Of a DNA stretch of 64,000 bases, positions 37,327 to 49,503 are shown in pieces (positions within the stretch are counted from its first letter, which is position 1; the number at the start of each line of letters is the position of its first letter). The notes under the pieces were generated by a model. That model did no database searches, was not told where the DNA came from, and worked only from the letters and a program-made list of their open reading frames with translations. Made by a program: the position numbers and the translations under genes. The DNA is from Leucoraja ocellata. Taxonomy: Eukaryota. The stretch spans positions 1 through 64,000 of the forward strand of contig JAWMAR010002887.1 in assembly GCA_036785375.1 (NCBI GenBank). The letters are read 5' to 3'.

Positions 37327-38102
37327 ATGATTTTTATTTTGAGTTGGCTTAGCCTGGGTGAGTAACTGGTGCATTTTGTATCAGGAACTCACTGCAGACA
37401 TGTTGCACCTGCTGTGGAGAGAATTAATAAGCTGAGTGCCAATGAAGACGTCTGCTTTGTACTGTGAAAGCATTGAGAAAGAATGACTAGTTTATTGAGA
37501 AGTAAAATTACAATATAGCTAGTGAAATTACCACACTTTCCCTCCATAGCTTTCTCTTTCTATCAGTTCAGTCAGTCATCAAATAAAAAAAAGATAGACA
37601 CTAAATGCTGGAGTAACTCAGTGGACCAGGCAGCATCTCTGGAGAGAAGGAATGGGTGAACTATCCAGAAATGCTGCCTGACACACTGTGTTACTCCAGC
37701 ATTTTGTGTCCATCTTTGGTTTAAACCAGCATCTACATTTCCTTCCTACAACATCAAATAAAAAATACGTATGCTGGAAATCTACAATATGAGCAGATAA
37801 TGCAGGAGACACTCAACAAGCCAGGCAGCATCAGAAGAAGGAGAAACTGTTAAGATGAATGATACCCTCACAGGAACAAGTCAATAGTTCATTCTATTCT
37901 GGTCTTCTCCATCGGAACAAAGCATCAAACTGATGTTCTGGAGGACACAACACTTCTCACACTCTTCTCTACCCTTCCCATCTGGATCTCAATGCTATCT
38001 CTGAATAGCTTTTCAATGGTTGGATCTGACTCAGTATCACTGTGCATGCATCAATAATGTCTTGCTACTTCTTGTCCTATAACAGCAGATAGGTATTAGA
38101 GG

Positions 38103-39275
38103 TGGTTACATAAAAAAGCTGGAGAAACTCAGCGGGTGCAGCAGCATCTATGGAGCGAAGGAAATAGGCAACGTTTCGGGCCGAAACCCTTCTTCAGACT
38201 GATCGGGGGCGGGGGTGGGCGGGGACAAGAAAGGGAAAAGGAGGAGGAGCCCAAAGGCTGGGGGATGGGAGGAGACAGCAGGGGGGCTGAGGAAGGGGAG
38301 GAGACAGCAAGGACTAACAAAATTGGGAGAATTCGATGTTCATGCCCCCGGGATGCAGACTCCCCAAACGGAATATGAGGTGCTGTTCCTCCAATTTCCG
38401 GTGCTGCTCGCTGTGGCCATGGAGGAGACCCAGGACAGAGAGGTCGGAGACGGAGTGGGAGGGGGAGTTGAAGTGCTGAGCCACCGGGAGGTCAGCTTGG
38501 TTATTGCGGACCGAGCGGAGGTGTTCGGCGAAACGATCGCCCAACCTCCGCTTGGTCTCACCGATATAGATCTGCTGACATCTAGAGCAGTGGACGCAAT
38601 AGATGAGGTTGGAAGAGATGCAGGTAAACCTCTGTCGCACCTGGAACGATTGCTTGGGTCCTTGAACGGAGTCGAGGGGGGAGGTAAAGGGACAAGTGTT
38701 GCATCTCTTGCGGTTGCAAGGGAAAGTGCCCGGGGAGGGGGTGGACCGAGAGGGAAGGGAAGAATTGACAAGGGAGTTATGGAGGGAGCGGTCTTTGCGG
38801 AAGGCAGATATGGGGGGAGATGGGAAGATGTGGCGAGTGGTGGGGTCACGTTGGAGGTGGCGAAACTGACGGAGGATTACTTTTTGTATGTGACGGCTGG
38901 TGGGGTGAAAGGTGAGGACTAGGGGGACTCGGCCCTTGTTGCGAGTGGGGGGATGGGGAGAGAGAGCAGTGTTGCGGGGTATGGAAGAGACCCTGGTGCG
39001 AGCCTCATTTATGGTGGAGGAGGGGAACCCCCGTTCCCTGAATAATGAGGACATTTCAGATGTCCTGGTGTGGAACGCCTCATCCGTGGAGCAGATGCGG
39101 CGTAGACGGAGGAATTGGGAGTAGGGGATGGAGTCCTTACAGGAAGCAGGGTGGGAAGAAGTGTAGTCCAGATAGCCATGGGAGTCAGTGGGTTTATAGT
39201 GTATGTCGGTCAGAAGTCTATCACCTGCAATGGAGATAGTGAGGTCAAGGAATGGTAGGGAAGTGTCGGAAATGG
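38103..39275 (-). mobile_element. Penelope-like element, 5'-truncated (RT thumb, Cys-rich linker, GIY-YIG endonuclease, terminal repeat with hammerhead motif)
   Basis: The 246-aa ORF contains PCNRKRCNTC, SSNLIYCVHCSRC..YIGETKRRLGDRFAEH and LEEQHLIFRLG..PGGMN. Hammerhead core at 38170-38197. Confidence 0.92.
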
Positions 39276-39999
39276 AAGTCCCCCACGTATTAGAGGTGGA
39301 TTCCTTCAGAATTTCAGAGCATGAGTCTAGGAAACATTTCCATCTCTTAACATCTGGCTGGACAGATGCAGCAGGCTGCTTGTTTAATTTACTACCAGTT
39401 ATGTTTTATTCAATTCCATTTTTGGCCAGTTTGTAAATAACCTTATCCTGCATTTTTAAGAGCTGAATGATATAGATAACAATTTTAATGGTTGCGAAAT
39501 TGCAGACATTCGGGTAAATAATTATATTTCAAATGTCTAATCCGAACATAATGCCAAGATATACTAATTTCATCTGCCTGCACATGATCGATATCCCTCC
39601 ATTCCATTCAGATCCGTGACCATCTAAAGCCCTCCTTAATGCCAATTAGCAAAATCTGTCAACACAGAGGGCAGATGTTGGTTAAAATAGCTTCTGTTAT
39701 TTCTTTCATTTGCCCTGGATATCATGAGTGTTATTGGAGTTGTTCTTACTCAAGCAAGTGATAGAGTTTCTTCATATTGCTGACTTGTACCTCATATGTT
39801 GGTGACATGGCTTCAGGGAAACAGAAGGTGAGACACTTGCTGCACTATGCCCGGCTTTGGCTTTTTGCAGATAAAGTATTTTTGTAGCAGGTCCAGTTAA
39901 GTTATTTGGTTAATTATTATTTGGCTACTCTCCTAGTATGTTAATGGTTAGAAACTCAGTGATACTAATGAAATGAAATGTCAAAGGTCTTTCATGTGG

Positions 40000-40360
40000 A
40001 ACATAGAAAAATACAGAATTGGCCCATTGGCCCACAATGTTTGTGTCAAAGATGATGCCAAGATAAACTGATTTCATCTGCCTGTATCATGTATGTGATC
40101 CATATCCTTTAATTCCCTGCAAATCCATGTGCCCATCTAAAAGCCTCTTAAATACCACTGTTGTATCTGCATCCACCGCCGCCCCTGGCAGCACATTCCA
40201 GGCACTCATCACTCTCTGTGTATGAAAAAACGTGCTCAGCGCATCTCCATTAAACTTGCTCCTCTCACTTTAAAGTGATGCCTTCTAATATTTGTTACTT
40301 TCACCCTGGGAAAGGTTATGACTACCAAGCCTATCTATGCCTCTCATAATTGTATACACG
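40000..40360 (-). mobile_element. Old CR1 3' fragment
   Basis: Matches the CR1 3' UTR and ORF end seen at 21700-22100. Confidence 0.65.
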
Positions 40361-40697
40361 TTTCCTGTTTTCCCCTGATTCCCACTGATTTTAATTTCTC
40401 CAGAGTGATAATTGCTTACTGGGAGAAATAATGAGCTGTTTGCAAATGTTTCAGGCTTGTCTTTTGCATTTGTGCATCAGATTCCATGTCATTGATAATG
40501 AGAAGGTTTGTGAAGTCTAATCCACCTCCTCCTCTAGCTGTTTAATTATCTGCCACCATTCATGACACGATAGGGGAGGACTACAGAGCTCCAGACAGAT
40601 CTATTCATTGTGAGCTCAGAGCCTTGAACATTGCGTTCCCAGGAAGCAATGGCAGAAAATGGCACAAACATCAATGGCAGTAGCCTTGCCTCAAGAA

Positions 40698-41483
40698 TAT
40701 CCTTGTGCAAATTAATTGAATCAAGCATACACTCTGATATAGCAAGTCAATACACATAACAGGGAGACATCATTATATATTTAGTACATTATATGCCCAC
40801 TACAGTTCTTTATCAAGTCTTTTACATGATTTGGCATGGCATTGACCAATTTCCGACAGATTCCGAGGTTTATTTTCATTGCGATATCCCAGCTGAATCA
40901 TAGCCTCTATGAATTTCTGACCTGTGATACAGTCCTATCCATCCCATCTCTCCTGGATAATTGACCACAAATTCTCAATTGGATTCAGATCAGGTGAGTT
41001 ACCAGACCAGTCATACACACATATTCCCTTCAGCTAGCAAAATCGGGCCACGATCTTTGATGTGTGGCACGTTGCAAGGTCTTGACAGAATATTCCAGAT
41101 TCATCTTGAAAAGTCTTCGCCATTTCCGGCACCACTCTTCACTGCAAAACATCGCTGTATTGTGGGGATTTCATCATTCCATCAACTGGATATAGCTGAC
41201 CAAAACCATTGTAGCTGAAACAATCCCAGAACATTTTATTTTCAGAATGTTTGATGAACTGGTCAATGTGACTATTTCCTCACCGACTCTCTGACTGAAT
41301 TCTGAACAAGTTGGCTACATTGGTCCTGAACCAGGAAATGGCTTTTGTCATTGAATAACACCTTTCCCCAGTTTTCCCATGTCCAATTTTTAAAGTTTGC
41401 TCACTGGTATCATTTGTTCTTCATTGCAGCAGTTAGAATTTGTTTTAATCTCAGGTCTTCAGGTTATACAACCAACTTCAATG
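40698..41483 (-). pseudogene. Tc1-family transposase remnant (DD34E) with its 3' TIR
   Basis: Manual translation gives WGKVLFNDKSHF...MFWDCFSYNG...FCQDLATCHTSK...DWSGNSPDLNPIENLW...AMPNHV...GHIMY*, with 34 residues between the second D and E. TIR ccttgtgcaaattaattgaatcaag at 40701-40725. Internal stops keep it out of the ORF track. Confidence 0.88.
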
Positions 41484-41587
41484 TTATATCAAAGTCATGT
41501 GAGTGACGACGTGAAGAGCCCGCCAACCCGCATGCGCGTCAATACGTCGAAGCATCGCGTGAGAATCGGAGCAGTATGAAACTGCTC

Positions 41588-43210
41588 TGGCAGGTAAGGG
41601 TTTATTTTTTGTTTCAGGAACTGGCCACTGCTCCAAACATAGGTGCAGCGAGCCCAGAGAAGCTGGCACAGTTTGTGCAGCTGCTGCCGTGGAGTCGCCA
41701 TAAGGAGCTGGCGGTGTAAAGTTTCGACTGCCAGCACGGCCGGGACAGCGACCACCACGGAGGCTCAGTACGTAGCTGGCGACTAAAATTAGCGGCTGCC
41801 GGCGCAGCCAGGACAGCGACCGCCGCGGAGGCTCCGTAAAGGAGCTGGCGGATGGAATTTAATCGGTTGACGGCTCGGCCGAACCAACCGCCGTGGAGGC
41901 CTTAAATAAATAAATAAATAAGAAACAAACACAAAAATAAATAAATAAATAAATAAATGGATAGATGGATGAATAAAAAGGAAGCTGGCAGCTTTATTCA
42001 TTAGGCTCACGGCTCGGCCGGTGCAGCTATCGCCATTATGGCTTAGCAGCCTGTTGGTCCAGGCTTACAACACTGGCAGGCGTGACCTGTCCAGTGAGCA
42101 CGCGGAGGCTCCGAAGGAGCAGCTGGCCAAACGAGCAGCTTGTTGATCCAGGCTGGGAGAAACTGGCAGAGCGATCTGCCAAAAAAGGCAGAAGGCTGTT
42201 GAATTAAGCTAAGAGTACTAAGGCTTTGAAGGAACAGAAGGGGCCAAAAGTAGCAGCCTGGCTAACCAGGCTGGGAGTAAAACTGGCAGCGTGGCCTGCA
42301 CAGTAAGCTCCAGCAAGGCTCCAAAGAGACTGTAGGCCGAAGTAGCAGTCTGTCCGATGGGGCTCAAGATGTAGTCAGACTTGGTCTGCAATGGAAATTC
42401 GCTGAAGCTCCAACAAGGTGGGAGACCAGGGGTCAGAGACGCTGGCAGGTAAGGAATTTTGTTTCAGGAACGGGCTGCTACTTCGAAAATAGGTGCAGCG
42501 GGCCTGGAGAAGCTGGCACAGCCTGTGCAGCTATTGCAGTGGAGGCTCTGAAAAGGAGCAGGCGGCTGGAATCAATCGGCTGATGGCTCGGCCGGGGCAG
42601 TTACCACCGTGGAGGCTCCGTATAGGAGCAGGCGGCCGCATTCAATAAGCTGACGGCTCGGCCGTTGCAGCTACCACCGTTAGGCTCCGAGTGGCAGCAG
42701 GTGGCCGGATTCAGTAGGCTGATGGCACGGCCGGTTCAGCTACCGCCATTGAGGCTCACCTCCGTTTTAGGGCTCCAAGGGAGCAGGCGACTAGTCACGG
42801 AGAGCTGACGGGTTCAGCCATACAGACACCTCCGTTGAGGCTCAAAAAGGGATCCAGCCAGATGCCTGTAGGAAGCAACACATGGCTCAGGGTTACATTA
42901 TATTCTTCCCCTCTAGACTCCGTTAAGGCCCCAGAAGGGAGCAAGCCCAGACTCGGTGTCATAAGCAGGTGCGACCTGTTCAGTCAGTATATAATACAAT
43001 TGTGCTCCTGGTTCAGGAGACACTTATAGGCTGCTCCATTCAGATGCCTGTGGAAGCAACACCTGGCTCAGGGTTGCATTGTATACCCCACTCAGAAGAG
43101 GGGAAGCAATACCTGGCTCAGGTTTGCATTTCAATATCTCCCGCTCAGAAGAGGGGAAGAAACACCTGGTTCAGGGTTGCGTTATTTTATTTCCCGCTCA
43201 GTAGAGGGGA
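41588..43210 (+). repeat. Degenerate internal repeat arrays in the leader of DIRS C
   Basis: Block 41588-41710 is duplicated at 42442-42560. Units of ~55-60 bp (ggaggctccg..ggagcaggcgg..gacggctcggccg) run to ~42830, and units of ~47 bp (ggaagcaacacctggctcagggttgcatt) lie at 42870 and 43050-43210. Confidence 0.75.
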
Positions 43211-44768
43211 TTACTGGAGATTATTACATAGGTAACTCTGATTATGGGGATTTCGTCAAGGAATTCGAATCCCCTGAACTTATGGGGGATATGCTGCAGT
43301 TTAATCATATGAAGGAGTTCCGTCTCTTGTCACATAATTTGCCATCCCTTCAGGGATAGGAGATCCACTGGAGAAGATCTGGCTAAGAGCGTCAGTGATT
43401 TAACTTTTATCAGCTACGGAGGGGTATATGCTGGATACGGCTGGGAAATGTGCCAGTTGAGATAAACTGCCTGACTTTGGATGTTCCAAATGTCAATCTC
43501 ACCATTTGTGATATCTCAGTGGTGATACGTGGGCAGAGAATTAAAATTTCAGCGCATCTAAAAGACAGGTCACTGATGTAATTTCGGCCTTTGCAAGGGC
43601 AGTTGATGGGTTCAGCTATCGATAGTGCATAAGATGCATCAGCACTTCTATGTTATACGCAGCTGGAGCTAAATTGCCTCCGCAAGATGCTATAAGCCCT
43701 GAGTTAATTCCTAAAAAATGTGCTCATTTATGCAGGGCCAGTAACATGCAGCCTGCAAAATATCTCTTCAGAGAGGACTTATGTTAGCAAGTTGAAGACT
43801 TGCAGGAAGAATTTTAGGCGGCTGCGGGGAAGGCAGAACCATCCTATGCTGGTAGGGCTTCAGTATTCCGGCGGGCATACCACCTCTATATATAACGGCA
43901 GGAACTGTTACTCTGAGGCTGGTTGGAACAACAGGCCTACTCAATTCAGACCCAGCCAGAGGCCCTTTTTAGGCCAGGACCATCACGCTCACCTTCGTGA
44001 AGAGAATGTGTTGCGCACACTGGCGACTGAGATAGGTCATTCCAGGCAGAGAACTGCGGCAGCAGCTCCTGGTTCACGGTTGCATTATGATATTTTCCAA
44101 TCTGGGGGTGATTCTGCCTGTGAGGAGTTGACAGGGAACTCGTATTCCCACACCAAGTGGATGCTATGCTTTAATTCTAGTCGCATAAGGATCTGGTGGA
44201 TGTTCTGATTCTATCAGACACTGGAGGTTTGTAGGTTAATGCCATCAGTTGAGCAAAATAGTAAGATTAAACGAGAACTTACCAGTTTGAAGTTTGATCT
44301 GTATTTTATGAGGAGTTACGATGAGGGATTACATGAAGAGCCCGCTCAGCACGCATGCGCGGCATACTTCAAAGCAGCGGTGTGGAATCACAGATAGACA
44401 CAGTTATTGAAGTAAACATAGTAAAGACAAGGAGACATCAGTTTGTGAATTTGACCCATATTATTGAGGGTGGGAGCGGAGGGCACGTAATCCCTCCTCG
44501 TAACTCCTCATAAAATACAGACCAAACTTCAAACTGGTAAGTTCTCATTTAATCTTACTATTTTACTTCGGAGTCACGTGAGTGATTCCGTGAAGATTTC
44601 AAAGCTCTGTGATTTCAAACCGTGTAACAGTTATTACTACATCACTGCCGAAGTCTTTGAGGGAGGAAGTGTGTTATCGTAATCAACCAATGAATCTGTT
44701 TTATGAAAAACAAAAACGGTATTTATTAACAATAGCAACAAAAAGAAAATTGCTCCCCTGGGCTTAAA

Positions 44769-45755
44769 TTAAATATTTGCATACTGTAAAATTGTTTTTG
44801 CATATAACACAGGTTTTGCCAACGGCTTGTGATAAAAAGTCCTGAACGTGGTTTCCCTTGCCCATCCTGCTGTAGCCAGGATGTGGTCCATCGGCACGTT
44901 CATTCTTTCCGCCGTTGATGTGGATGCTGCCCTGGTGGAGTGAGATTTATACAAGTTAGTGTCAATCCCGGCAGCTTTTAGCACCTGCTTGAGCCATTCT
45001 GAAATGGTTAGGCTCGTCACCCGACCATGAGGTTTTTTATGACTGACCCACAAGGCATTTTCACTCCCTCGAATATTGTTAGTTGTGTCTATATAAGATA
45101 GTAGGTGGGTCATGACACATAACCGTGGTTCTGGTGGGTAAGCCCGGAATATCACGACTGGACTAGGCCTTCATGGCCTGCTCTGTTTGATCAGTCCCTG
45201 GATCATAAACGAGATCTGGCCTGGAGCTGTAATCATGTGGTCCAGTCGTAACCGATGTAGAGACTGGACCCTCTGTGCGGATACAAGTGCCATTAACATG
45301 AGCGTTTTGAGTGTCAATTGTTCCAGGCTGAGGGATCTGGCTGGTGGCCATCCCCTGAGGTAAGTCAGGACCGCACTGACATCCCATATATGGGTGTACC
45401 TTGGTTTAGGGGGGTTGGTATTGTAAAAGCCTTTCATTAATTTTACCACCAGCGGGTGAGATCCCATGGCCTGTTGTCCTGGTGCTAGTGTTAAGTAGGC
45501 AGACAGGGCACTCCTCGCTGTGTTGATGGCACTGTAGCCGAGTCCTTCTTCGTAGTGAAGTTTGGCCAGGAATTCCAGTACGTTGGTGACTGATGCAGTT
45601 GTGTAGGTGGTCCCTGTATCCAGGCAGTAATTTTCCCATTTTCTGATATTGGTCAAGTACTGTTTTTTGGTGGATGTTCGGAGGGATGCTGACATGGTGT
45701 TGACGGTTTGTTCTGATAATCCCAGTCCCAGCAATGGCCTGTTCAGAATCTGCAA
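44769..45755 (-). pseudogene. DIRS B tyrosine recombinase (one break near 45160)
   Basis: ORFs 45171-45755 and 44769-45155, with SAQRV, HSTR, AGW and FY motifs. Confidence 0.9.
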
Positions 45756-47773
45756 CCCAGGAGTTTGATTTTTTCATGGCATGGGTGACTTATGCCAGAC
45801 ACTGGGTGTTGTAATAATTCTGGGTCACTAGGAAATGTCATCGGAGTTCCAATAACCATGTCATGGAGTATCGGGAACCATGGCTGCGTAGGCCAGTCGG
45901 GTACTATCAAAATACCTGAAGCAGAGTCCATTTGTTTTTTGCGTAGTACCCGACTAATGAGGCAGAAGGGAGGAAATGCATAGAAGAAGAAATTTCCCCA
46001 ATCCAGCGCGAATGCATCTACTGCTGCTGCCTCAGGGTCTGGTTCTCAGGCGACATACATAGGTACCTGGTGATTTAACCTTGATGCGAATAAATCGATA
46101 TCTGGCGTGCCATATTGCTTGACAATTTTTGCAAATATTTTGGGGTTTAACATCCATTCGATGTTGTCATTAAAATTTACGTGACCTGGTGTCTGCCACT
46201 GTATTTAGCTTACCTGGTAGGTAAGTTGGTAGGATAGCCAAATATGTCTTTCGACACACCATTGCCAAATTGTGTTAACCAACTTGTCGCATGATAACGA
46301 TTTTATGCCGCCCATATGGTTAATGTAGGCCACCACCGTAGTATTATCTATTTGTAACCGAACATGCAAGTGACGCATATTTGATGCATATGCTTTTAAA
46401 CCATAGAAGGCACACAACATCTCTAGATAATTTATGCCCAGTGTAAGTGGTAATGATGACTCAGGGTTAGTCCATCTACCACCTGTGCTGGATATAGAGT
46501 TAGCTGCTCCCCAGCCTTGAGCACTGGCATCTGTTTGGATAAATAGCGTAGGGTTAGTGATGATAATAGGGCTGAAACTATGCCAAACGTTTTCTGCCCA
46601 CCACTGTAGTTCTGATATTGCTTCAGTGGGTAACTTCATGACACGATCATAATGACCTGCATGTCGTTTTAGTGCCTGTACCTTTGCTCTTTGTAAGTTT
46701 TGGTAGTGCAAAGTTCCAAATTGCGTAGCCGGAAATGCTGCTACCATTTTCCCAATTACTCTTGCTACTTGTCGAATAGTTGGTCATTTGTTGATCATTA
46801 GATTGTTGCATGATTGTGCCAATGCAACTGTTTTGTCTCTTGGCAAAGTTACAGTCATATGGACTGAATTAATTGTGAAGCCCAAGCAGTCCATAGTTGT
46901 GGATGGCTTCAACTTAGATTTATCTGGATGTAAGACAAATCCCAAGGTTTCCGACAACTGTTTGGTAGCTGATACAGCTGACATAGTCAATTCCATAGTT
47001 TTGCCTACTATTAAGATATCATCAAGATATGCCATGACAATATGCTTTTGTCTTCTTAATATTGCCTAGGCTGGTTTTAGTATCTTGGTGAATAATCTTG
47101 GGGCTGATGTTAACCCATTGGGTAACGCTTCAAACTGCCATCATTCCCCCATCCAGGTAAACTTCAGGTATCTGCGATGATCCTTGTGAATAGGTACTGA
47201 ATAGCAAGCATCTTTAAGATCAATGCTTGTCATGTAGTATCCTTTGGAAATTAATTGTTTGGCAGTAACAAACGTTTCCATTTGGAAATGTATATCCTTA
47301 ACAAACATATTTAGTGATGTTAAGTCAATGATGATGCGACATCCACCATCTTTTTTGGTTTTAGCGAATATATTTGATACAAATTCCAAGGGTTCATGTT
47401 TTGTTTTTTCAATGATACCCTTTGTAATTTGTCTCATCAGTTCAACTTGTCCCTCTCGTTTTTCTTTCACTGAGAGGGAAAATACCCTTTGGGGTAAATG
47501 TTGAACTGGTGGCATTTTACCTGTTATGAATTGTATTTTGTATCCACTAATGCCATTGAGTATATACTGATCACTCGTGATAGACTCCCGTGCTGCTTTA
47601 AACTGGTGTAATCTCCCTCCAGTTAGTATTAAGCCCCTTCTTTCTATACGCTGGTAGGAACCAGACCCACCTACCTCCATGGTTACGGGTATTTCCTCTG
47701 GTTCCCGCCGGTCCCACAAGGCTTGCTTGTTGTCTGATGTGACGTTGGCGTTGGGGGGTGGCACATTTTCCAT
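45743..47773 (-). pseudogene. DIRS B RT / RNase H / MT-like polyprotein (fragmented)
   Basis: ORFs 47141-47773, 46784-47035, 46205-46747 and 45743-45931 are colinear with copy A. Confidence 0.9.
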
Positions 47774-49503
47774 GGGGTCCGCTCTGGGCCCTGGTCTAAA
47801 AAAGACTTACGGTGATAAAATGCGGACCCCGAGCTTTCACCAGTCCTATATGGTGGACGTCGACTTGTGGACGCGATGGGGTGCTGCCACTTGGTGTTTA
47901 GTGCTCTAGGTTTGCTCGTCCCATGCCCTGCCTTCATGAGACCGTGAGTTTTTGAGGCCTCGGCCATATCCTTCATTCGCTTAGGTAGGTCATTTCCAAA
48001 GAGCAGTATGTCTGGCTCAGAGACTGGGGTTTTGCACAGCCCCGCAAATTTAGGATTGATAGCAGGTTTTATTATTTCTTTATGCAGGTTGTTAATCTCA
48101 AATTACGTATTACACAACTGAGTATCCTGTTGAGTTGTGGTCATCTCGGTGTTGTCCACGGAATGAGCAAATGAAGTGATGGCCGACGTTAGGAGCCTGA
48201 GGATCCGCTGCAGTTTTAGCTCGTGGTGTCGGATGTTTGGCCCAACGTGTCCCCAGGTTTGGCTGTTTACAGCTGGCACTTTGAGGGACTCACAGTTCTC
48301 CGGCGCTGTATAAGTTTCCAAAGCATCATTGACCACCTGCTCCTGTAGAGCCCTGTTGGAGAGGTGGTTGATGCTGGCAGCTAGTTTGGCTTCTAACGGT
48401 CTTCCTGCACATGGGGTTGCCACGTAGCGGTCCACTAAACCAAGCAACTCTTCCTGTTCCTGCACCCCTTGCATACTCCCGAGATCTTCAGCCATCGTCC
48501 CCTCTTCTTGACCAGCCCAGTCCTGGTCAACAAAGCTATCCTCTGGAAAGGAGGAAGCAATGGACAGTGCACAAGGCACTGTGGAGCGAGTGCCTGACCT
48601 CCCTCTGCGAGAGCACCCCTCCTGGGCGCTCCATGCGGCTCAGGCGGCTGTCTCTCCCCCGCCTGGGTGGAGAGACGTCCCCATCCGATGTGTCGGAAAC
48701 CACCAGCCGGACGATCTTTCTGGTAGCTTTCCCTCCAGCCCGCTGCTCAGGCGCTAGCGGGGCTGGGCTCAGCACGGTATCGGGGATAGCGGAGCACTCG
48801 GTTAGCGTTCCTACCGCCTGTTGCTGCCCCCCCCCCCCACCTGATAGAACGCTCCTCTGGTGGAGTCGAACGGAGGACAGATTTCATTGAGAGTCTTGTC
48901 TTTGGTGTACTCATTTCTGAAAGAGAAATCAGACGGCTCTTCTTTGGTAAGTAAAGCCGACCCCAGTTCACTTACCTGACAGTCCGTCTATAAAATTGCA
49001 GCGGGAGTGCCTGACTCCCGCTGTAGCCGCTTGTTGCACTGCTGGCGTAATGCCGCACATGCGTGCTGAGCGGGTTCTTCACGGAATCACTCACGTGACT
49101 ACGAAGTAAATCAGTCGAAAGGCTTTAACCCCAGAAAAATTTGGGAGTTCTCAGGGGGAGAAAAATGTAGCATGCCAAATCAAGTTAGGATTTGGATAGT
49201 CACATCATGTGTCTGGCTAACCAGTTTAACATGGATAATTGTCTTTCAACAATTTAGCTGATTCAGAGGATTTAGGGCCTCAATCGGTCTTAAAGCATAC
49301 TTTTCCATATCTATACATGAGAGGCACAGATATATCTGGTGTTTTTGATGACAAAGCCAGTGGTGGAAAGTTTTGGCTCTACCTTAGGGGTTGTCTTCAG
49401 GCCTAGGCTATTTACAAAGATTCTAAAGCTAATGCTGCCCTACTCAGATCAAAAGGGCGTTGTGTCACGGAGTTTATAGATGACATGCTTTTGTAGCTGA
49501 TAA

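Larger units (their letters stand above)
44255..49110 (-). mobile_element. DIRS1-type retrotransposon (copy B), near full length and degenerate
   Basis: Same terminal architecture as copy A (3' end 44255-44365, ICR 44484-44596, 5' ITR ~49050-49110). Gag fragments 47683-48914, RT with YLDD, RNaseH (QTDASAQGWG, INYLEM), MT (YAFPPF) and YR (SHSTRAAST). Confidence 0.95.
41484..49500 (+). mobile_element. Older, degenerate DIRS element (copy C), 3'-truncated and interrupted by DIRS B
   Basis: 5' ITR-like ttatatcaaagtcatgtgagtgacgacgtgaagagccc. Gag remnant at ~43450-43990 (ISAFARAVDG, DASALLCYTQLELNCLRK). RT remnant at ~49270-49500 (ASIGLKAYFSISIH, LP*GLSS, RLFTKILK, FIDD). Confidence 0.82.

Noticed and set aside
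41690-43210. Repeat arrays as a CRISPR-like array
   Set aside because: The units are degenerate along their whole length with no unique spacers, there are no cas genes, and the context is eukaryotic.
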